NCBI GenBank assembly: GCA_947628485.1
Contig: CANRAA010000003.1
Coordinates: 1-41,888 of the forward strand
Direction of reading: 5' to 3'
DNA length: 41,888 nt
From: an uncultured Bacilli bacterium
Lineage (GTDB): Bacteria > Bacillota_I > Bacilli_A > RF39 > UBA660
The position numbers and the translations under genes are program-made. Below, piece after piece: positions 20,432-29,797 of the stretch (positions within the stretch are counted from its first letter, which is position 1; each line of letters opens with the position of its first letter). The notes under the pieces were generated by a model. That model ran no database searches and was not told the DNA's origin. It worked only from the letters and a program-made list of their open reading frames with translations.

Positions 20432-21133
20432 ATGATAAAAGAGAAAATAAGGAATTTAAAAGAGAAATTAAACTTTAAAGTAATATACATAGTAGTATGT
20501 TTAATCTTTCTTGTGGGTTTACTTTATTTTAATAAAACCCATGCTTATTATGATTATGAAAGTGGCTGGGTACCGATATTTACTGGTAAGGTAGGAAACT
20601 TTACGGGTAAAGGTGATACTAGTCCCTTAAATCAACCATCTGATGTAAATTTATTATTTTTAGTTCAAGATATAACTAATCCTAAAAATTATACTGTTAT
20701 GGAAGGAACCCCAGTAGCAGTATCAGGTTATCAAGTAAATGAAAAAAAGAGTAATTGTATACCTGCAGATGGAACATATCAAAAGTATGGGGAGAATGTT
20801 TATTCCATAGCAAGTGATGGAACAGTAACTGTAAAAGTAAAAGAAAATAAACCAAATCAAGTAGTATGTCGAATATATTATGATTATGGAAAAGATTTAA
20901 CAAAAGATGATGTTATAGTATTTGCTTTAAAAGAAGATCCATTAGGAATGGTAATCTATAATAATAAACATTATGTAATGAGTGAAGAAATACCAAGTAC
21001 AGGTTATACCTATAATAGTTCAAGTTGTAAGAATACAGATATAGCAACAAGTATAAGTTACAATGCCTCAACAGGCTTTACTTTTAAAACTAAAGGACCA
21101 AATATATGTTATGCATATTTTAATATAGGTTAG
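20432..21133 (+). CDS. Secreted/surface protein with two Cys-pair repeats
   Basis: N-terminal hydrophobic helix then THAYY; repeats P..GY...S.C...C..Y(Y/F). Confidence 0.7.
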   Translation: MIKEKIRNLKEKLNFKVIYIVVCLIFLVGLLYFNKTHAYYDYESGWVPIFTGKVGNFTGKGDTSPLNQPSDVNLLFLVQDITNPKNYTVMEGTPVAVSGYQVNEKKSNCIPADGTYQKYGENVYSIASDGTVTVKVKENKPNQVVCRIYYDYGKDLTKDDVIVFALKEDPLGMVIYNNKHYVMSEEIPSTGYTYNSSSCKNTDIATSISYNASTGFTFKTKGPNICYAYFNIG

Positions 21134-21144
21134 GAGGATTTTAA

Positions 21145-22263
21145 ATGAAAAAGAAAGTATTAAATATTTTAGTAGTTATCTTAACAATAAGTATAATAGT
21201 TGAAGGTTATATCTGTTTTAAAAATGTTAAAAATAATAAAGTATTAGAAGATATCAAAACAGTAGATATATTTGATAATAAAGATAAGACCATATCTATA
21301 ATGGTCCAAGACCCCACAACCTTTGAATACCAATCAGATACAAGTAGAACTTCATGGCCCCAAAAGACAGAATACATATATGCTGGAACTAAATGTACTG
21401 ATGCGAGTGGAACAGATGTAGGAGATACAACACCATATTTAAAATTTGACGAAAGTGATTATACAGCAACCATAACAACTAAGAAAACAATCTATTGTAC
21501 CTTATACTTTGCTAATGGAAGACCAGCCTTAGAAGTGTTAAAGGCCAAAGGAGGAGATTACTATGCTGGAGGAGGAGACCATACAACAGTAGTGGATGAA
21601 TTGTACCGATTTAAAGGAACAGTAGGCCAAGTAGATAATAATTATATATGTTTAGGAGCATCCGAAAATCCTGATACATGTAAAGCAAATTCAGAAAACA
21701 TGTATCGAATAATCGGAGTCACAACAGATGGCAAACTAAAAGTGATAAAAGCTAAAAAATATGGAGATAATCAAAAATGGAATAGTAAAGCCTCCTCGGA
21801 TGTAAAATGGAATGCATCGACTTTATATACATACTTAAATAGTACATTTTATAATTCACTTAATGCAAGAATACAAGGATTAATAGATAACTATACATGG
21901 AAAATGGAATTAACAACATCAACACCAGGAACAACAACAGGAAATCAAGATGGAACAATACAAAATCATATAGGGTTAATGTATGGAAGTGATTATGTAA
22001 ATGCAGGAGCACAAGATAAAACAAATTGGTTATTCATACAAAATGGTTATAGTGGAAACCCAGCAGAGTTTGAATGGACAATGAGTAGTTGTGGCTACAA
22101 CGGCGGTGCCCGTGCGTGGTTTATGCGTACAGGCGGCTACTTTGGCGTGGAGCTTGTGAGCGACCCGTATGCAGTTCGTCCGGTCTTCTATCTGTTATCC
22201 ACAGTAGGATTAATAGGTGAAGGAACAGTATCTCAACCATACACTGTAACAACTATTAAATAA
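21145..22263 (+). CDS. Secreted protein with C-terminal variable (DGR-target-like) domain, paralog 1
   Basis: N-terminal TM; NYIC.G, MYRIIG, IGLMY.SDY, NWLF, EWTMS...AW...VRPVFYL, GEGT..PY. Confidence 0.75.
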   Translation: MKKKVLNILVVILTISIIVEGYICFKNVKNNKVLEDIKTVDIFDNKDKTISIMVQDPTTFEYQSDTSRTSWPQKTEYIYAGTKCTDASGTDVGDTTPYLKFDESDYTATITTKKTIYCTLYFANGRPALEVLKAKGGDYYAGGGDHTTVVDELYRFKGTVGQVDNNYICLGASENPDTCKANSENMYRIIGVTTDGKLKVIKAKKYGDNQKWNSKASSDVKWNASTLYTYLNSTFYNSLNARIQGLIDNYTWKMELTTSTPGTTTGNQDGTIQNHIGLMYGSDYVNAGAQDKTNWLFIQNGYSGNPAEFEWTMSSCGYNGGARAWFMRTGGYFGVELVSDPYAVRPVFYLLSTVGLIGEGTVSQPYTVTTIK

Positions 22264-22361
22264 ATAATTAGATAAAAAATGATAAAAGCAAGTATATTGC
22301 AAATATATTGCACTTGATTTAAAGAAAAAAATATAGTATCCTTATAAAGGAGTGATGCTTT

Positions 22362-22652
22362 ATGAGTACGATATCTAATACGACTAATATGACTATTAGA
22401 ATTGATAAAGATTTAAAGAAAAGTGTTGATGAATTATTTAAAAAACTGGGAACTACTACTAACTCCGCAATTAATATGTTTTTAAGACAATGTGAGAGGG
22501 AACAAGGTTTGGCATTTAAACCAACAATAGCTCCAAAACCTAATAAAGAATTATTAGAAACTTTACAAGAAATAGAAGATTATAAAAAAGGAAAGGTAGA
22601 TCTTCCTAGTTTTGATACAACTAAGGAATTATTTGATTATTTAAATAAATAA
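22362..22652 (+). CDS. RelB/DinJ family antitoxin (no adjacent toxin)
   Basis: TIRIDKDLK...LFKKLG...SAINMFLRQ..REQGLAF, PNKE. Confidence 0.85.
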   Translation: MSTISNTTNMTIRIDKDLKKSVDELFKKLGTTTNSAINMFLRQCEREQGLAFKPTIAPKPNKELLETLQEIEDYKKGKVDLPSFDTTKELFDYLNK

Positions 22653-22681
22653 TATTAAAAATTGAATTATATTCTAAATTT

Positions 22682-22709
22682 AAAAGAAGATAAAAAACTA
22701 TCTTCTTTT
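22682..22709. terminator. Bidirectional terminator
   Basis: AAAAGAAGATA/TATCTTCTTTT perfect stem between convergent genes. Confidence 0.7.
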
Positions 22710-23052
22710 AAAAATCACTAATTATAGGGAAATCGCTATAATTTGATAAATATTCATTAATACTTTGAGATAAATAATAATATTTATTATCGATATTATT
22801 ATTTTTTAATAAATCTAAATAATCTTTAAATACTAACATAACTATGTCTTTATTATTGCTACTAACTAACATAATATTATAAAGTCTATTTAATTTATCT
22901 ATAATTGTTACTTCTTTATCTATTTTACCTTCTAAAGCAGATGCTTTAATAGCCTTGTCTAAACTAATAAAGGGGTATTTTGAAGTTATTTCTTGGGATA
23001 CTTGGTTAATTCTTTCATTTTCTTCTAAATTACCATTGTATTCATAATTCAT
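22708..23052 (-). CDS. Hypothetical protein
   Basis: 114-aa ORF starting 2 nt after the ClpX-like gene stop. Confidence 0.65.
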   Translation of the reverse strand: MNYEYNGNLEENERINQVSQEITSKYPFISLDKAIKASALEGKIDKEVTIIDKLNRLYNIMLVSSNNKDIVMLVFKDYLDLLKNNNIDNKYYYLSQSINEYLSNYSDFPIISDF

Positions 23053-23054
23053 AA

Positions 23055-24761
23055 TTAACCTCTAACTCTTCTATTTACAGAGTTTTCATTAATTTTATTA
23101 ATCGTATATTTATCTAAATGAATAACTGGACTATCTCCTCTTAAAACTTCTTTCATATAGTAAGTTCTAATATTATTTATAACTGTTTGTAAGCTTCTAG
23201 CTCCCGTATTTAAATTATAAGCATGTTCTGAGATGGCTTCATAAGCCTCTTCATCTATTTCTAAAGTTTTACCATTCATATTAATCCATTTTTCTAATCC
23301 TATTAAAGGACTGATTGAGGACTCTTTTAAAATTCTTATTAAATCTTCTTTAGAATAATCATTGGTATGTAGGTAAGTATTAAATCTCCCAACAAGTTCT
23401 CTTTCTAAACCAATACCAATTAAATCATCAGGGGTAATACTATAATTAGACTTATCTTTATCTGTTTCTTCTGTAGCACTAAAACCTAAACTAATTTTTT
23501 TATCTTGTTTTTCTTCTCTTAAGTTCGATAATGCCCCAAGACAGACAAAAGTAAGTTTTGAGGTATCAAATTCTATTTTTTTCTTATCAAATAGATTATC
23601 TCCGACATCAATTGTATATTTACCACCACCAAGGAAGTCTAAAAGTTGTTGTTGAACAGCTTTTTTCATTTCTAAGCCATCTTTTGAAGTGGCTAGTTTA
23701 TCAAGTTCATCTAAAACAACAATTCCTCTTTGGGCTAAACTGACATTATCGCCGGCTTTATGGTATAAATCAACTAAAGTATCGGTAACATCTCCTCCTA
23801 CATAACCCGTTGAAGAATAATTAACAATGGAAGTAGCCGTAAAAGGAATATTTAACTTTTTCGTTATTTCTCTTGTAATGGCTGTTTTACCTGTTCCCGT
23901 TGGACCATCTAAAAAGATAATTGATCTTTCCCCATCAGATAATTCTTCTAAAGAGGCTAGTTGTTGATTATTAACAATGTTATAAAATAAATTTTCAGTA
24001 GTTTCTTCTTGGCCAATAAACTTTTTTAAAATGTCCTCTAAGATTTGCCATAAATGACTTTTATCTTTACCTAAAAATCCTACTGGCATAAGTTCCGGAT
24101 CAGGTAAATCTTCAGGTATTTTTTGTAAATATTTATCATATTTCTTTGGCTTATCTAAAACTTTACTTTCCAATATTTTTTCTGGTATTTCCTTTATTTT
24201 TTCTCTTTCTTGTTTACTTAAAGGGGTTACTAATTCGTTTTGAAGTAAATATTCTTCTAATTTTCTAAATATCGAATGTTTACTAAAAGTTAAACAATTT
24301 AAATTACATTTTTGAGATAATAAGTTATAAAAATTGGCCTCACTAAAGTTAGTAAATCCTAAAGATAAATAAAGTAATTCAGGACAAATTTTATTAATGC
24401 GATATCTAGAGCCTAAATTAATAATCATTTCTCTAAAAATAGAGACCATATTACTATTTGCATAAACCAAGTCATAATCTTCTTTATTTGGTAGTTTTTT
24501 TAGTTCATCTTGTCCTAAATTAACAAAAGACATAAGTCTATTTAAATTAATATCTGAAGATTCATACAAATAATCTTTAATTTTACTATTAGTAAAAAAA
24601 CCTCCTAAGAAAAAGGCCATAGCTACTTTATCTTTATCACTTAAAGTGTAACTAATTTTTTGAGAAGTATATGTTTTCTTAATTGTTTTATCTTTAATTG
24701 CCACATATATATCTGTTACTCTTTGAATATAATTACTACATCCTTCATAATCATGTTCCAT
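23055..24761 (-). CDS. ClpX-like AAA+ ATPase with unrecognised N-terminal domain
   Basis: IGQEE, GPTGTGKT, TGYVGGDV, AQRGIVVLDELDK, VQQQLL, SLGF loop, ELVGR, TGARSL. Confidence 0.8.
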   Translation of the reverse strand: MEHDYEGCSNYIQRVTDIYVAIKDKTIKKTYTSQKISYTLSDKDKVAMAFFLGGFFTNSKIKDYLYESSDINLNRLMSFVNLGQDELKKLPNKEDYDLVYANSNMVSIFREMIINLGSRYRINKICPELLYLSLGFTNFSEANFYNLLSQKCNLNCLTFSKHSIFRKLEEYLLQNELVTPLSKQEREKIKEIPEKILESKVLDKPKKYDKYLQKIPEDLPDPELMPVGFLGKDKSHLWQILEDILKKFIGQEETTENLFYNIVNNQQLASLEELSDGERSIIFLDGPTGTGKTAITREITKKLNIPFTATSIVNYSSTGYVGGDVTDTLVDLYHKAGDNVSLAQRGIVVLDELDKLATSKDGLEMKKAVQQQLLDFLGGGKYTIDVGDNLFDKKKIEFDTSKLTFVCLGALSNLREEKQDKKISLGFSATEETDKDKSNYSITPDDLIGIGLERELVGRFNTYLHTNDYSKEDLIRILKESSISPLIGLEKWINMNGKTLEIDEEAYEAISEHAYNLNTGARSLQTVINNIRTYYMKEVLRGDSPVIHLDKYTINKINENSVNRRVRG

Positions 24762-24865
24762 TTTTTATTCCCCCAGTGCTAGATATTATATCACATTTTG
24801 GCTAAATTTAAATATTTAATTGTAATTTATTTTAATAATTGTTATACTTTATAATAGTGAGTTGT

Positions 24866-25492
24866 ATGAAGGAATTAAGATTTTATGATTATTTTTATAT
24901 CTTTATTATAGGAAGTGTGTTTGGTTGGATATTTGAAGGCATTGGTTCAATTGTAATTGATCATTTACTTCTTAACCATTCCGCTTTAGTTTTAGGACCC
25001 ATTAATGCCATTTATGGATTTGGGGCATGTTTCCTAACTTTAATGCTTTATAAAAAACAAAAAGCCAATGTTTTAGAAATATTTTTAATATCCGTTATTG
25101 GTTGTTCAATACTTGAATACTTTATGAGTTGGGGTATGGAATTAGTCGTTGGATTTCCGGCTTGGAATTATTCGAAATTTTTTATGAATTTAAATGGTCG
25201 AATTTGTTTACAATATTCTTTAATGTGGGGTGTTTTAGGAGTCATTTATATTAAATATATTTTCCCCTTACTCCAAAAATTTATTGCTAAAATTAATCCT
25301 AAATGGGGTAACATTATAATGAAAGTTTTAATTGTATTTTTAGTATTTGATATCATTTTAACATCATTTGCGGTAATGCGAGCCCATTCTTTTGATAAAG
25401 GAATAGAACCGCATAATAGTTTTGAAAAATTTTTAGATAAAACCTTTAATCGAGATTATTTAAAAAATATGTATGGAAACAATTGGGAGTAG
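24866..25492 (+). CDS. Putative ABC transporter permease-like membrane protein (DUF1113-type)
   Basis: GSVFGWIFE, GP...IYGFGA, LEY, WNYS...NLNGRICL..S..WG. Confidence 0.8.
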   Translation: MKELRFYDYFYIFIIGSVFGWIFEGIGSIVIDHLLLNHSALVLGPINAIYGFGACFLTLMLYKKQKANVLEIFLISVIGCSILEYFMSWGMELVVGFPAWNYSKFFMNLNGRICLQYSLMWGVLGVIYIKYIFPLLQKFIAKINPKWGNIIMKVLIVFLVFDIILTSFAVMRAHSFDKGIEPHNSFEKFLDKTFNRDYLKNMYGNNWE

Positions 25493-25495
25493 ATT

Positions 25496-26587
25496 ATGAA
25501 AGTTTTGATATTAACCTGTAATACTGGAGGCGGACACACAAGTTGTGCTAAATATATTGCGGAAGAATTAAATATGAATGATATTCATGCCGATGTTTGC
25601 AATTATTTAGAGTTAGTTGGGGAAAATATTGCCCGGATTATTGAAAAATTATATTTAGACTCTACGAAAGGTAATGGGACAATTTTTAAAGGTGTCTATC
25701 GAATTGGTGAAATTTATAATAAAAGTAATATTATAAGTCCGGTTTATTTACTTAATAAGATGGCTAAAGAAAAAATTAGTAATTATATTAAAGATAATGG
25801 TTATGATTTAACAATTTGTACTCATTTATTTCCAAGTATGGCTTTAACGGAAATTAAAAAAGAAGAGAATATTAAATTTATTAATGTGGCTACCGATTAT
25901 GAATGCATTCCTTTTTGGAATGAAACTAATCCCGATACTTTCGTAATTCCTAGTCCTAATTTAACGAATGAATTTGTGAAAAAGGGATTTGCCAAAGATA
26001 TTATTTTACCGATTGGAATACCGGTTTCTACCAATTTTCGTTTAAAACATGAGGAAATAGATATTCCTAAAGATAAAGAATATATTTTACTAACCTCGGG
26101 AAGTATGGGTTTTGGTAATATGAAAAATTTAGTTAATGAAATCTTAAAAGAAATCAAAGATTATTATTTAGTTGTTATCTGTGGTAATAATGAAAAGTTA
26201 AAAGGAATATTAGATAAAATAGATAATCCTAATTTAATTGTGGTTGGTTTTACGAAAAATATGAGTGAATACATGCAACACAGTAAAGTAGTTATTACTA
26301 AACCAGGAGGCCTTACTACTAGTGAAGTAGTTACTCTTCGTAAACCTTTAATTCATATGATGCCAATACCAGGTGTCGAAAACTACAATGCCAACTTTTT
26401 TGCAAGTAATGGTATGAGTCTAAAGGCTAAGAATATTGAAGAAGTACTTACCTGCTTAAAAAAATTATTAAAAGATGATAAGTTACAAAAAAATATGATA
26501 AAGAAACAAAAAGAATTAATTAAAGAAAATTCTTGTGAATTATTAGTCGAATATATTAAAGATAATTATATGAAAAAAAGTGCTTAA
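25496..26587 (+). CDS. MGDG synthase/UgtP-like glycosyltransferase
   Basis: TGGGH, CTHLFP, ATDY, GIPV, GSMG, CGNN, TKPGGLT.SE, PIPGVE..NA. Confidence 0.88.
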   Translation: MKVLILTCNTGGGHTSCAKYIAEELNMNDIHADVCNYLELVGENIARIIEKLYLDSTKGNGTIFKGVYRIGEIYNKSNIISPVYLLNKMAKEKISNYIKDNGYDLTICTHLFPSMALTEIKKEENIKFINVATDYECIPFWNETNPDTFVIPSPNLTNEFVKKGFAKDIILPIGIPVSTNFRLKHEEIDIPKDKEYILLTSGSMGFGNMKNLVNEILKEIKDYYLVVICGNNEKLKGILDKIDNPNLIVVGFTKNMSEYMQHSKVVITKPGGLTTSEVVTLRKPLIHMMPIPGVENYNANFFASNGMSLKAKNIEEVLTCLKKLLKDDKLQKNMIKKQKELIKENSCELLVEYIKDNYMKKSA

Positions 26588-26595
26588 ATTTAAGC
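26578..26595 (+). repeat. 18-bp direct repeat, left copy
   Basis: AAGTGCTTAAATTTAAGC, identical to 29780-29797. Confidence 0.9.
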
Positions 26596-26724
26596 GATTA
26601 GGATATTTCAAAAAAAAGAGATGAGTTATTTAATTTATAATTCTTAAGAATTTAATAAATGGAGTGAAAGGAAATTTCATTCTTTTTTAATGGTGTTGTG
26701 TTTGTAAATTCACATTATGAGATA

Positions 26725-26845
26725 TTGACTAATGTCGTTAATTGGTATATTATTTAAATATAAGGTACATAAATACGACAACAATAATATGGTATATAAA
26801 ATATAAATATATACCATATTAATAATGAAATTTATATTCGGTATT
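26725..26845 (+). promoter_or_regulatory. Promoter and structured leader of the paralog 2/3 operon
   Basis: TTGACT-N17-TATTAT; 14-bp perfect inverted repeat 26785-26821; ATTCGGTATT at 26836-26845. Confidence 0.6.
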
Positions 26846-26868
26846 TAAAACAAATAAGGAGAAGTAAA

Positions 26869-28334
26869 ATGGAAGAGAATAATATAAGTAATAATAACTT
26901 TAATAGAAAGAAAATGGTAAAAATAAGTATACTTGGCTTAGTAGCGTTAATTTTGGCAATCGGGGGGGGGTTACCTATGCCTACTTTACCCTAGGGGCAA
27001 TAAATAATTCAGAAGAAACAAATATAACAATTAAAACCGGAGCTAAAAAGAATATAAAATTAACTGGGGGAACAACAAATTATAAACTACATTTAGAAGT
27101 ATCTGATATGGCCCAGAATAAAATAAATTCAGTTTATTATGGGACAACAGATGTAAATAAAAATTATGAAACAGAAGAAGAAAAAGGAACAATAATATTA
27201 GGTAATATAGAAACTGAAGGAAGTTTAGTAGATGAATATACATGTAATGCCACAGTTAATATAGCATTAGATGGAGAAATGCAAAGTGCATTAAAAGATA
27301 ATGATTTAGTATTAGTAATAACTCAAGGAGAAACAACAAATACAATAGATTTATCAGAGGATATAACATCTCCTACTTTTTCGTTTGATTTAAAACAAAT
27401 AGAGCCAATTAAAGCTTACTTAAAATTTACAAATCAAGAAACCAATCAAAGTGGAATAGCCGGAAAAGAATTAAACATAACAATTAATATAAATGATTTT
27501 GCATGTGAGATAAAAAAGAGTGCTTTACCAGTATTAAAAAGTACCACATCACCAGAGTATTTAAAAGAAGCAGTAGAAAATGATGAACTTTTAAGATATG
27601 TAGGAACAGCAACCGATGCCAACGAACATAGATTAAATAATTATATATGTTTTGGAACAACTGATAAAAGTACATGCACAGAAAATCCCGATACATACAT
27701 GTATCGAATCATAGGAATAACAACCGAAAATGTAAATAGAGATTTAGGACTTGTTCCAAATCAAATAAAGATAATAAAAGCAACACCATCAAATACAAGC
27801 CAAGCATGGTCAACAGATTATGAAACAGATATAGATTGGGATAATGAGAGTAATACCGTAAAAATATATTTAAATAGCATATTCATGGAAACAATAACAA
27901 AGTTAGTAGGACCACATAATTGGAGTGATTTAATAACAAGTCAACAATGGTACAAAGGAGATAATACAAGTGCAAGTAGTAGTGAAATAGAAGTAAAAAC
28001 ATTAACAACAAGTAGTTATAAAATAGGCTTAATGTATGCCAGTGATTATATAAATGCAGGTCCAAATACTTATTCAGATAGTTTAAATAATTGGTTATTC
28101 ATCCAAAACGGCTGGAATGGAAATACTGAAGAAAATGAATGGACAATGAGTAGGTATGGCAAGAACAGCTACGACGGTTACAGTGCGTGGTATGTGGGGG
28201 CGGGCGCCACCTTGAACGATGCTGGTGTACATTGGGATACGCCTGTAGTCCGTCCCGTCTTCTATTTAATACCAAATATAACCTTAACAGGTGAAGGAAC
28301 AGAAACAAGTCCATTTATAATAAGTGAGGAGTAA
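26869..28334 (+). pseudogene. Secreted protein with variable C-terminal domain, paralog 2; frameshifted at G9 tract
   Basis: ATG 26869 with AGGAG RBS reads to ..LAIGGG then stops; G10 or G7 at 26962-26970 gives GVTYAYF in frame with ORF 27108-28334. Confidence 0.8.
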
Positions 28335-28338
28335 GAAG

Positions 28339-29724
28339 ATGAATAAAAATAATAAAAGAATTATAATTATATCTACAATAGTATTAGTAATAGCCTTAAT
28401 TTTATCAGTAGTGGGAGTTTCTTATGCTTTCTTTAACTTACAAATAAATGGTGAAGATACAACAACTAAAATAGAAATATCAACGGGAGATGCTAATGGA
28501 ATAATATTATCAGGTAAAGTAGAAAACTTTCATATAACAGTAGATGCCGATGATATGGCTTATAATAATATGGGGTATTATTATGCAACAAATGAAGATA
28601 AAAATTATGTCAAAAATAAAGAAGATGGGATAAAAGAATTAGGAACAATAGAAATAAAGGGAGCATTAGAAAAACCAAATACATGTGATGCTACAATAAA
28701 AGTAGAGTTAACATCTAGTATATTAGAAAGTATTCAAGAAGGAGACTTTACCTTAGGTTTAATATATGGGAGTAATGAAACAGAAATAGATTTAAAGAAC
28801 ATACCTAGTGATGGAACAATTATAGAATTTGAACTTGATGGTAAAACAAGTCCATCATATATACAAGCCTATTTAAAATTAAATAATGCCAATAGAGATC
28901 AATCATATTTAGCAAGTCAAGAAATAAATGTAAAAGTAAATGTAGAAGATTTTATGTGTGAAGCAAGTGATGGCATACCACCACTTGAAATGTTAAAACA
29001 AACAGGTGGAGAAGTATTTGCAGGTGGAGGAGATCATACAACATTAGTGGATGAATTATATAGATATGTAGGGACATATGAAGAAGTTACAAACAACTAT
29101 ATATGTTTAGGGAAAACATTTAAAGATACATGTCAAGATGGAGAAAACATGTACAGGATAATTGGGATAACAGAAGATGGAAAATTAAAAGTAATAAAGG
29201 CAAAAAAATATGGAACAAATCAAAGATGGTTTAGTAGTAGTTCAAATAGTGAAAATTGGGGTTCAACAGAGGTATACACATATTTAAATAGTACATTTTA
29301 TAAATCATTAGATAAAAGAATACAAGGATTAATAGATAATTATACATGGAAAATGGAATATAGCAATAGTTATCCATGGGGGAGTGCAATAGTAACAAGT
29401 GAAGGAACAGTAACAGCAAATATAGGTTTAATTTATGCCAGTGATTATGTAAATGCATATAAAGATTTTTCGCTAGAAAACTGGTTATTTATTTCTCATG
29501 GATTGAATGAAAATGTAGAAGAAAACGAATGGACCATGAGTAGATATGGTTATTTCGGTGATGACGACACTTATCGTGCGTGGACTGAACTTACAGATGG
29601 ATTTATGCACGGGAGTCTTGTTGATAATGCGTTTGCTGTACGCCCTGTCTTTTACATAAAACCTAATATCACCTTATCTGGTGAAGGAACAGAAAGTAAT
29701 CCATTTATAATCCATACTAAATAA
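28339..29724 (+). CDS. Secreted protein with SipW-like signal and variable C-terminal domain, paralog 3
   Basis: GAGGAG RBS; hydrophobic helix ending GVSYAFF; same C-terminal motifs as paralogs 1 and 2. Confidence 0.8.
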   Translation: MNKNNKRIIIISTIVLVIALILSVVGVSYAFFNLQINGEDTTTKIEISTGDANGIILSGKVENFHITVDADDMAYNNMGYYYATNEDKNYVKNKEDGIKELGTIEIKGALEKPNTCDATIKVELTSSILESIQEGDFTLGLIYGSNETEIDLKNIPSDGTIIEFELDGKTSPSYIQAYLKLNNANRDQSYLASQEINVKVNVEDFMCEASDGIPPLEMLKQTGGEVFAGGGDHTTLVDELYRYVGTYEEVTNNYICLGKTFKDTCQDGENMYRIIGITEDGKLKVIKAKKYGTNQRWFSSSSNSENWGSTEVYTYLNSTFYKSLDKRIQGLIDNYTWKMEYSNSYPWGSAIVTSEGTVTANIGLIYASDYVNAYKDFSLENWLFISHGLNENVEENEWTMSRYGYFGDDDTYRAWTELTDGFMHGSLVDNAFAVRPVFYIKPNITLSGEGTESNPFIIHTK

Positions 29725-29779
29725 TATTTATTAAGACATATAAAAAAACAAACAGGTTTTACCTATTTGTCAACAATCT

Positions 29780-29797
29780 AAGTGCTTAAATTTAAGC
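29780..29797 (+). repeat. 18-bp direct repeat, right copy (part of a palindrome)
   Basis: AAGTGCTTAAATTTAAGC followed by ACTTTTT. Confidence 0.9.

Noticed and set aside
19883-22278. Possible direct repeat AATAATTA(A)GATAAAAA flanking the first cassette
   Set aside because: Imperfect and almost entirely A/T; plausible by chance
19892-29791. DGR template repeat or reverse transcriptase near the variable genes
   Set aside because: No AAC-rich non-coding copy of the variable segments and no RT-like ORF seen, so a complete DGR is not called
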